DNA from: Lingula anatina
Lineage: Eukaryota > Animalia > Brachiopoda
Length of the DNA: 64,000 bases
Assembly: GCA_051362555.1 (NCBI GenBank)
Contig: CM120641.1
Coordinates: 47,250,401 to 47,314,400 of the forward strand
Direction: 5' to 3'
Below are positions 49,277 through 61,200 of the stretch, in pieces. Both the position numbers and the translations under genes were made by a program. Position 1 is the first letter of the stretch. The number at the start of each line of letters is the position of its first letter. The notes beneath the pieces were generated by a model that saw only the letters and a program-made list of their open reading frames with translations, made no database searches and was not told the DNA's origin.

Positions 49277-52221
49277 CGCATGTTACTCTTTCTGTAATAA
49301 CTGGTGCAACAGAAAAATACGTACATCATTTTTGTACATCTGCACCTGAAGTTGAGTGGCAATTGCAAATTACTAACATTCCATTAGATATACTATAAAT
49401 AGTTGCTAAAGATTCATCATTATGATACAAGATGAGACTTGTTTTTTTCCAGAGGTTCAATGCCTATAAATACCACTGGTCAGACAACAGAATACCCACA
49501 TTACTCCAAGTAAATCAGTCTTCACTAGATCAAGTGGACCCCAAGACAGGCACCAAGCTAGTCTCCTATGACTACAAGGACATGGAGGGGTTTGCTGTCA
49601 TCTCAGACTACCCAGGGGGGGTGGCTGTCATACATGGGGGATACAATAGACTGGTGAGTGGGATTGGCTGCATGTGTATAATTATCTTTTATGTGTGAGA
49701 TAATGCACTGTCAGCAGAGAGATATATGCCAGAATGCCTTTAGCGTCAGCAGAGAAGTTCAAGGCATATATTGCAAGAGGGTTGCAGTGTATTATATGAC
49801 ATACATACAGAGAAAAAGTAGTAATCAACTTTTACACTAGATAAGTAATTGTTGTGATTATCATAACTGTTTTGTTTTGTTTTGAGTGACAAGACTTTTT
49901 TATTTTTTGTTAATTATTTCAGCATATATTTGCCCTTGAACAAAGAGATGAACTGATCAAAAGTGTGATGGAGACAGCAGCAAACTATATTGGCATTGCC
50001 ATCAAACAGAGGAAGGAACCTATAACAATGGATCAGGCCACAGCACACAAGATGGGCAAATACAGGTAACAGTTACAATATGGTAATTTGCCCTAAAGAT
50101 AATAATAATAATAATAACATTTATTCATTATTTAAGGCTTACACCCAGATTACACTTCTAGTTCTGCCTTTCACTTTTAGTAGTGAGGGATGTTACTGTC
50201 TAGTTGTGTAGTTTGCTCTCTATTCCTTTTGTAACATCAGTAATTAAATATTGTAATGACTATAATATCAGTCTTAACTCCCTGCAGAGTTGGATCAGTT
50301 TATATAGAATGATAGTTTTATTAGGAATGAGCACTAAGATATTCCTATACCTCTAGCTATTTAATAATGTCTTTCAGTGTTATTATATACTGGTCATAAT
50401 GTTTCAATATTGTTACCTATTTTCAGTACCGACGAGGCCCTTACGTCATATGCAGAGTTCAGTGTGTATAAGCTAACACCAAGGAACCCGGACCCCATCA
50501 GGCGGACACTGTGCCTCACGGAAACGTGTCTGGTGGAGAGAGACCCAGCCACCTATAATGTTGTCACAGCAAAACCTCTGTGTGATGTAAGTGGAAATGA
50601 GATGGCTGTATTTTGCTCAGTATTGGATAGTAGCTTTTAGTTCAATTCTAAACAAATTGCAATTTGGCTGAAAATAAAAAAATGTGTGACTGTTTTTACA
50701 CTAATGTTCTTGATATGGTTTGAGATTCCATTTTACTCTATTTATTCAGTTACTCGTGTTCTTGAGTTTGGCTGAAAGAATAATAACTTTATTTAAGAGT
50801 TAACTCTTAAATAATGTCCAGACCCTTGAAAACTCTGTTTTGGGTTATTTTATAGTAAATGTTATTGCTGTTGTTGATGTTGTTGTTGTTGTTGTTCTTC
50901 TTCTTCTTCTTCTTCTTCTTTTTCTTCTTCTTCTTATTTGTATTATTATTATTCCAGGTGTTTGCCATAGTCAGAGATCAAGAAAACCCACAAAAATTTA
51001 GTGTTGAATATGTGAAGGGTGCAATACGAACATTCACATCCACTGACAGGTACTCCTTTTTCTTGACATGACGACAGCAGGTGCTGTAGGAGTAGATAAT
51101 TATAACTATGTTTGATTAAATGTGATACTACTAAGATGTTAGCTGTGAATTATGTTACTTTTGTAGACAGACTCTGTGCAAATGTGTTGAGAATTGTCTT
51201 GAAAAGTCCTTTGTTAAGTCATTTGAAAAGTCTTTTGTCGTAAATGAAAAGTAAATAGTCTGTTTATTTTATCTATCAATTTTTTTTTATTCTTAATCCT
51301 CAGAGATGCCTTGATAGCCTCTGTTCTGGATGGTGTAAGGGCCTCTGGCAACAGGGATGTCCATGTGAAAATGAAATTTACCAGCAGAGGATTACGATTA
51401 GGTGAGTGTCAGTGGATAAGGCCTCTGCTGGTGTGCTTGGGAAATACACTGTGAACATTTCATCATCATCATTATTATTATTATTATTATTATTGGTTAT
51501 TATGTTGGCATAAGAAGCAACCTAGAATTAGCAATAAGGGTAAGCAGGTGCACATTTGGGGTATGGTTTAGAGATTTTTTTTTTATTTTTTGATTGTAAC
51601 CCATAGAAAAACAAGCTGCTTTGAGAAAAAAGTTTTGGGCTAAATAGCTTTATATAAACAGTCAACTTTTTAAACAATGGTTCCTGCTTAAAGATACACA
51701 ATTCATATAGCAAAATATGAATTTTAATACCTTAATTACAAAGTATGCCAATCCATAATGAGTTTTTGTGTTCTGAGTTTTTAGTTGTTTAGCCACTACC
51801 ATAATGAAGAGAGCTGGTGCAATCATGACAGAAAAATTAAGAAATTTATAACACAAAAACAGGTTTAAAATGGTTTTCTTTTCAATGGTTGTGGACTGGA
51901 TACACATCACTGATTAATGAACTTGCTACAATTTCCAGGATTATTTTTAGATATTTATTTATATGCCATTAAACCTACTTTGTACTAGGTCCCTTCACAG
52001 TCCCTGTTGATGAGGAAGTGGAGAGTCAGCACATGAAGTTTATCCAGAGTCCTCCCCCCAATATTAACTTTGAGATGGCTGTGGAGAGGTTCAACTCTAA
52101 CATTTCTTACAGTGGTCTCCTGCATGCTGTCACACAAGACGTAAGTATAGAAGTGAACAGGTGCCTTCTTATTTGGTATTAATTGTGTAAGTGTATTTGA
52201 CTCATGTGAATATATATATAG

Positions 52222-52261
<40 letters not shown>

Positions 52262-55200
52262 TGATATGATCTAAACGATTTACCATTAAAAGTTCTTTGA
52301 TAACTATTTTAACAATTCCTCTACTATAAAGTTTTCATTTGAACCATTTGATAGGGTTTGTTTGCCGAGAACAAAGAAAAACTGATCAACGGCACCCTGT
52401 CAGCACTGCTGGATAAGGAGGGTGACCAAGCCATCATTTCCTCAGAGAATCTAGAAGCTCAGTTCCATGCTCTGAGGAGACTTGTGGCCTCCAAGGCTGG
52501 CTTTCAGGCTTTTACTAGACTGCCAAAGTAAGTGGAATAAGTTATTATTGCCTGAAGGCTTGAACTACGGTTTTATAATAAATCGACATAATATTTATGT
52601 ACAGTTTTCAGGCGATTACTAGGTTGCCCAAATAAGTAGAATAATTTATTACAGCTTCAGGGACTTTAATTAAAAATCAGTTGACTTAAAGATATTAGAC
52701 TTTTACTGGGATGTGAAAGTTAGATGACTTGGTGATGACAGTTTAGTTAAAAAACGTACATAGGAAAATTATGGACGTTCTTGTGCGAGTATTAACGTTC
52801 TGAGCAAGTTGCTTACTTTTTTGACAAAAGGCCAAAGTATTGATATTGCTTTATTTTTCTGTCTTAGGATGAGAGAAAGAGTGGGTATCAAAGTAGTCAA
52901 GGCACTAAAGAGAAACGATGATGGTGTGGCCCATGCTGCCATAGACATGCTCAATGCCCTGATGCAGCCCATGCATGATGACTACGACCTGCGACAGGAA
53001 CAGCTCAATAAAGCCTCTCTGATGTCATCAAAGTCCTTTATGCAGAACCTGCTCAATCTATTTAAAAATCACGTGGTAGGTATTGAGATGGCTGGAGATA
53101 TTTCAGTGTAATTTCTGATCCAAATCAGGGGAGGTGAACATTTTGAGAATTTTTTTTAAATAAATGCATTTCTTACACATTGTTTGGTAAGTACTGGTCT
53201 TTCCAGCACAGAGTTTGATACAGTCATATTGAACCTTCTCATTTTTGCCAGTAATAGGCATTTTTCTCTTTACTTTTATTACCACTACTTTTCAATATAG
53301 AGTAATCCTTTTAACTTTGTATTTTTAATTGTAAAGTCTATAAACATTTTTATGGATTTTAGACTCTGAAAAATAAATTATTATAATAATAATTATTATT
53401 ATTATTAATACTTGACTGAGATTATATTTTGCCATGGTATTTGTTGTAGTTGAGAGGCACAGGGGCCATGGTAATCGCAGCCATGTTGGATTTCCTGACT
53501 TTTGGTTTGTGTGCCCCCTACAGCGAAACAACAGATGGGACATACTTCGATACACTACTGGAAATGGTAGCGACAGAGGGAAGAACTATTTTTAAGCTTT
53601 TCCAGGTAAATTTGTTAGTTATATGAATACAAATGTGAATCATTAGGTCTGGTTTTATTGTTTCAACTTTTGCTACTGATGTGTACAATTTTTCTGCTAA
53701 TTCAAAATTTTATACTTTGAGAATTGAGGCAAGTTCTATTTTTGCAAGATGTCATGAAAAAATGGTGTAACTGATGTGTCGTCAGTATTTTACCAGTCTT
53801 ACCTATGAGGACAAAAGAGAGGATGGGCTGGTGGTGAAGAATATGATAGAGAAAAGAGATACCTGGTATCACAATCACATTGTCACAACTAACACAATAT
53901 CACATCTAACACACTGTCACATCTCACACAATGGCACATCCTTTTGTCTGTGTGTTCCAGCACCCGTCCATGGCCATAGTCAAAGGAGCAGGTCTGGTAA
54001 TGAAGGCTGTGATAGAGGAAGGTGAGCCAGAGGTAGCAGCCAAGATGCAGGATCTAGCTCTGGGTGAGGGGGCACTCCCCAGACATCTGCTTACTGCCAT
54101 GTTTACACAGAGTATGGACAGCAGGATGCTCACGAATAGGTAAACTGTAGTGTGAAAATGGCACTTGTGTACCTTTCAGGTAAAATTAAATGTTGCTTTG
54201 AGTTTTTTTTGTCTGTGTTTACATCTTTGGTAGGTAAAGAGCAAAAAATAGTAAGGTTTTACAGTCATGATTAAGCATTTTCTATGTAGTTTTTGAGGTG
54301 GGCAATTGATGTTTGTATGTGTAATAGTTTTTATTTTAACTTCACAAAGTTTTTTTTTTTAGAAATAATAAGTTGTTTAATCAATTTTTACTGGAAATTG
54401 ATCTCAGTAATGATATAACAGTAACTTCAGCAGCATGTTATATTGTAAGTTATCATCTTGTGTCTCTGTCAGGCAACTCAGTCGCCATCTGGTGGCTCTT
54501 TGGGTGACTGGGCATCCAACTGCAATGGGACTTCTCAAGAGAATAATGGTAAGTGTGTTACCTTATTACTTCACGTAATCTCTAAATAGATGAAATAATT
54601 ATTCGAAAAAAAACCCTAGTTATTGCTCCATATTTGCTGATGTAGATCCTTTTAACAAACATGTATTAGGCTTAAGTTGTGGGGAACTTAAGTTTTCTTT
54701 TTCTATTGTTATTTTTGTTTTCTAGCCCAGTGGTTTGTTAGTGTACCTTGACTCCACTGATGAGGTGCCGGAGCACGAAGAAGATAAACTCCATGTCAGA
54801 GATAACGTCAAACTTGCTCAGGTAGACTTTGTTGTGTATTCTTTGTAATATTAGGAACACTATTTTGTGTTGTTGGTTGGATTAAGACATAAATTAGCTT
54901 TGTTATGAAAAGTGCATTTTCTACAAGAGTGGTTCAGACATTTTGTTTTTGAATATTGTTTATTCAGGCCAGATCAGTAATGTAATATAACAGAAAGGTG
55001 GTGAAATATTTATATGCTAGGTATATAGCTTAACTGTAGACATGATGCAAGTAACATAATATCCCTAAATCAGTTATGATTATTGAAAATTAAAACAAAA
55101 CTTTCAGGAGCACCAGAGTCGTGGCAGGAAGTTCACCAACCCTCAGTGGAAACTGGTGGAGAAGAAAGTGGAGACCATCTTACTTCATTGGAGGGCCAAG

Positions 55201-58200
55201 ATTGGCATGCAGAAAAAAGATGTAAGTGAATGAGTTATACTAAAGTCATTTTTACATCAAGTCACCTCTTACTTTTCCCCAATCTCACTATCTGTATATA
55301 TTTCTTGATGTGAGACATGATGGAATGAACACACATTAATATCAAAAGCCTCATGTAGTTCTTAAATCTTTAAAAAAGAATATAGAAAAAAAAACAAACA
55401 AAAAAAAAAAAAAGATTTGGAAAAATACAGCCCATATGTACTTTTTCTCTATATTCAACCCAAGAAAGAGAAATACTGACCAGGATATTAAGGAAAACAA
55501 ATTACTGTATCTATATTGTATTATATTGTATCTATATTGTATTATATTCCCAGACTGGTGAGAAACCCATAGTGTTAAGGAAAAGAAGACAGAGGATCAA
55601 GAGTGAAGCCAACTGGGAGCTGTTCCATTACATGTTCAATCGTGACCACGCCAAGTCCAACCTTATCTGGAATTTTAAAGTAAGGGTTGATTAAAAGAGA
55701 CTAGATATTTTGTGGACATTGAGGAGCTTTAAGAATAAATAGATCTGATTTTAGCAGATGGTTCAAGACCTTCTAGTATTTTGTTAGTCAGCTCTACTAG
55801 ATGAATTATTCCCAGACATGGGAAGAGTTCAGTAAGCTGTAAAAGCTAGAACTTTCAATCTTGACAAAAACTTTTAAGTGTATTATTTCCATCCATCTGT
55901 TGAGTCGGGAACCCATAGAAAACTAAATCAGAGCCTTTTATATGAAGGAAAACTTTTATAATTGCAATATTCAATACTTTCCAGACATGGGAAGAATGGA
56001 AGAATTATTGTTTGCAATAATAATATTCAATGTTTTCCAGACCCGAGAAGAATTAAAAGAAGCCCTGGAAAATGAAATCCGAGCTTTCAATGTGGACAAA
56101 GACTTGAGCAGCAGTTTTATGATAGCGTGGAACCACCAGGAGTTTGAAGTGCCCTACCACTGTCTGGCGGAGGAGATCAAGATAGGAGACTACTATCTGA
56201 GGCTACTCCTAGAGGAGGATGAGAACGAAGACACTAGTGCAATTAAAAGATCGTAGGTTTCTTACTGTGAAATTTTTGATTTCTGGATTTCTTTGTAGAA
56301 ATTTAGCATGAGTATTAAAGACACTTCACCGTTCCAAGTTTTCTTTCTCTAATTTAAATTTGAAATTGCTTTTGTGTGCACAGAATTTCATATTGGTATC
56401 AGGCTTGAAGCGATCTTAGGCAGGTACTTATTAAATCATATTTTTTTGGAAATGATTCATATGTTTTTAACTATATGTAATGTAATAATGATACATAACA
56501 CATTCCATTTCTTTCAGCTATGAGTTTTTTAATGACCTGTACCACAGGTTTCTCCTTACACCAAAGATCCACATGAAGTGTATGTGTCTACAAGCCATGT
56601 CCATTGTCTACAGCAAGTGCCATGAAGAAATTGGAACTTTCAACGATACAAAATACATTGTAGGGATGTTAGAAAGGGTAAGAATGTAGCAGTGGTAGGA
56701 ATTATTGGCCAAAGTGCTTCTGTTTACAATTATGGTTATATTATTTCTCATTCATGTAGATATTCTAATAATGTTGATATCAATATAATATCAATGTATG
56801 TATGTATTATTATTGTTGTTGCGTGTTGTTCTGATATAAAACTAATCTGGGGTTTTATTACAGTGTACAGACAAACTAGAAAGAGACAGATTGGTGCAAT
56901 TTTTACAAAAGCTGATTTTAAACAAAGTGAGTAAACATTCCCAAAGAATTTTTCTTATTTTTCATTGCAATGTAATGTAATGTAATCCTCCTGAATTGCT
57001 GAAAGAACTGCTCTTTGGCTGGTTGATGACCATAGTTAAAACTTTGGGACATACTGTCTGCAGTTTTGGTTGTGAATACATTTTTGGTTTGATTGGTGTA
57101 TATAAGAAAGTAATTACAAGTAGTACTGCTATGCCATTTAATTAATTACCTTTCCTATAAGTATGCGTTCTTTACTGTAACAGAGAAATGTGAAGGAACT
57201 GATGGATGCTGGTGGAATCAAAGTGCTAGTTGACCTGCTCACCCTAGCCCACCTTCATACCACTAGGGCCACAGTACCCTTACAGGTAGGTCAACTCTTG
57301 CAAGGTCAACAATGTTATATCATTGGTTGACCTGCTCACCCTAGCCCACCTTCATACCACTAGGGCCACAGTACCCTTACAGGTAGGTCAACTCTTGCAA
57401 GGTCAACAATGTTATATCATTGGTTGACCTGCTCACCCTAGCCCACCTTCATACCACTAGGCCACAGTACCTTTACAGGTAGGTCAACTTTTGCAAGGTC
57501 AACAATGTTATATCATTGGTTGACCTGCTCACCCTAGCCCACCTCCATACTACTAGGGCCACAGTACCTTTACAGGTAGGTCAACTCTTGCAAGGTCAAC
57601 AATGTTATATCATTGGTTGACCTGCTCACCCTAGCCCACCTCCATACTACTAGGGCCACAGTACCCTTACAGGTAGGTTAACTCTTGCAAGGTCAAAAGT
57701 TTCATATCATTGGTTGACCTGCTCACCCTAGCCCACCTACTGTTGACGGATACTCCCCTTATTATTAATAAGCTCATGATTGGTTGCGATGTAATGTAAA
57801 GATTTACAATGGAAATTATGTTTGTCTTTTGACAAGATAAAGGATGAACTTATTTACTAAAATTGAAAATGTGTTATATATCACCTTGAATCATATTATT
57901 CTCTCTGTGTATTTAGATAAATATGTCAATTCCTTTTGTATATTTAATGGTTTTCTACTGATTTCAGAGCAATGTGTTAGAGGCTGCTCCTGACATGAAG
58001 AGGGACAGTGAGAAAGAGTGGTATTATGGCAACAAGGACAAAGAGAGGTTAGGACCTTTCAGCTTTGAAGAGGTAAGACAGGATTATTGCCATGTTTGGC
58101 CAAAATTAGATTTTGATTTACATTTTATCTATTGTACTATTCTATTTATCAATTGTACTTTCTTTTCACCAACTAAGATTATTAGTCTTATATAAAACAA

Positions 58201-61200
58201 ACCAAGTTTTCATGAGATGTATTGTAATGCAGTGGTGGAAGTTGTTACGACTTTATCAATTCAGATGAAAGATCTATACAAAGAAGGTGTTCTCCATGCC
58301 AAGACTCGTTGTTGGGCGCAGGGTATGGATGGGTGGCGCCCCCTGTCTTCTGTTCCACAACTCAAATGGTGTCTGCTGGCAACTGGCCAAGCTGTGATGA
58401 ATGAGAGTGACCTAGCCATTGCCATTCTCAATATGTTGATAAAGATATCTGAATTTTATCCAAGTAGGTAAGTAACTCAGTTTAGGAGGAAAAAAGATTT
58501 TTCCTCTGATGTTAGCCTTTCTAGGAATTTTTTTAATAAAGTGGATTTACCAGCATATAATAAAGAAGAGATATCCTATTTATATAGAAAATGGTTTTCA
58601 ATCATGTGAATGAATGATATCTGTTATTCATAATAATCCACTTACCTGCAATATGTCATATTCCAGAGACCCAGATGGTGCTATAATCAGACCTCTCCCA
58701 AGGTGCAAACGTCTGCTGTCTGATGCCACGTGTTTATCGCACTTAGTGCAGGTACAGGGCAGTGAGAGCGTCATGAGATATACATTATTTTTTCACAATG
58801 AATTAGGAATTTGTAATTTGATTTGAAACAGTTTTTCATCGTATTTATTTTTAAACTTCTTTACATGAATGTTTAATTCTATATTTTGCTTTCATATTAA
58901 GTTATGGAAATGAATATATTTTTCACAAAAATGCTGATCTTAATCTATGTTTTCCTTTAGCTCCTGTTGACCTTTGACCCCATCATAGTAGAAAAGGTGG
59001 CAGTATTGCTGTATTTGATCATGCAAGACAACCCCAACTTGAGCCGGCTGTATTTAACAGGCGCTTTCTATTTCATTATGATGTACACAGGATCCAATGT
59101 TCTTCCAGTTGTCAAATTTCTTAAGTATACTCACCTAAAGCAGGCCTTCAGGTCAGATGAGGTAAGGAATTCATCAAGTGTTCATGATAGATTTTGTCCT
59201 GATTTTTCTGTGATCTCTAGAACGTCATCACTTGTAATATTTCATATTTTCCAATCCCATCACCACATCACTATAAAAAAGATTTGCTTAATCTCACAGA
59301 CACCTGTTGAATACATTTGATGGAGATACGATGTATTTTATTTTGACATTATTCAAAAATGCATTTTATTTCATGAATAATTACTAAGATTAAAGTGAAG
59401 AAAGATATTTTGAGCAAACAAATATTGAAATTTTGACATGATTTCAGAACATTACATCAGACATAGTATCTCGCAGTGTGCTGGGTCACATTATGCCAGA
59501 AGCTATGATCTGCTATCTGGAGAACTACGAGTCTGAGAAGTTTGCTGAGATCTTCCTGGGAGAGTTTGATACTCCTGAGGCCATCTGGTGTAATGAAATG
59601 AGGTGAGGGAGTGAATTCTGTGAAACAAGAGGTCAATCAGTTCACGCTAAACAGATATTACATATTGCTCCAGTAAAAGAATAGTCTTTTTCTAAACTCT
59701 TTGCAACTGAAAAAATATCCTAGAATGGAACTGCCTAACAGGTTATGATAATACTGAGATATTTAACATTTGAATAAGTAGAATGTCAAAATGGTGTTTA
59801 TTTAAGCTTTAGGAAACAACATGGTATATTTTCATCTGGACCAAAAATCTTAAGCAGATGACTTACAAATGACTATGAAAGCAGAAAGCAGAATTATGAC
59901 TGTTCTGGTAAACTTAAAATGCATGAAAGGCACATTCTCTTCCAGACGTCTCATGATTGAGAAGATAGCGGCCCACCTCGCAGACTTCAGCCCGCGCCTG
60001 CAGAGTAACACGCGGGCTCTGTACCAGTATTGTCCTATCCCTATCATAGACTATCCACAGCTGGAGAATGAACTCTTCTGTAACATCTACTATCTCAAAC
60101 ATCTGTGTGATACTGTCAGGTTCCCAGACTGGCCAATCAAGGAGCCCGTAAGTGATTCTCAATTGGCCTATCAAAACTTCTGTAACATTTTTCATTCTGG
60201 CTTATCATCAAATGAGAAGGTGATGCCCAGTCATTATTTCAGAGTCCTCTTTTTTTTCTTTCCTTTTTTCTTTCTTTCAGCGTTATTTTTATCTCCAAAT
60301 CTTGAAAGTTTTTTGTTGAAACTAAAGTGAATTATTATGCAATGCTCGATGCAGCTGCGTCACTGTCATTTTGTAGATTGAATTCAGGCTCCAGATAAGT
60401 TGTTGTGCAACAATCTTTCTTCACAAGCTGCCTGTTTAGATTGCAATTGATCTTTTTCTATTTTTTTAATGACAAAAGAATCAGGAAGCAAATTATTTAA
60501 TTTGCAGGTGAAATTACTCAAGGACATTCTTGATGCCTGGAAGAGAGAAGTGGAGAAGAAACCTCCCAGCATGTCAATAGAAGAGGCCTTAGAAACTCTG
60601 AAACTACCCAAAGATCCTGAGGGGTAAGAGAGGTGCCAACTTAGTGTGAAGAGAAAAAAAGGATGTGATGACATTTTATTTAGTCAAAAATTGAAATACA
60701 TAACATAAAAAATATGAGGATCAATAATTTGACAATTTTGAGATTTTGTGAAAATGAGGATCAATAATTTGACAATTTTGAGATTTTGTGAAAAAAGACA
60801 CATTTTCAAGGTGCAATAAAAGCAGGCAAAAAAGAAGGAAATATAAAAGAAAAATGAATAAATGAATACGCAATATCATTTATGTAGATATTATTTTGTT
60901 TATTATAAGCATCATCTTGTATGTGTTCATTCCAGTACTGATGAAGGCAAGATACGAAAAGCTTACTTCAGATTGGCCCAGAAATACCATCCTGATAAGA
61001 ATCCTGAGGGCAGGGTAGGTATTGTGTTAGCTGTGACCAGTGGTATTGTCTTAGCTGTGACCAGTTTGTTAGGTGTGACGGACAATTATTGAATTCATAG
61101 TGGAAGAGAAAAAACTTGTCTTTTTCAAAGTACTGGACAGTAATTGGAATACAGGTAACAGAATTATCACTTTTTATGTGTAACCATTATAGTATCGGAT

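Noticed and set aside
57229-57738. Mutually exclusive tandem exons or CRISPR array
   Set aside because: Copies lack the exon's acceptor and 5' part, one has a 1-nt deletion, and there are no unique spacers.
60714-61068. 40-bp and 24-bp direct duplications in DNAJC13 introns
   Set aside because: Ordinary two-copy slippage events with no evident functional link.
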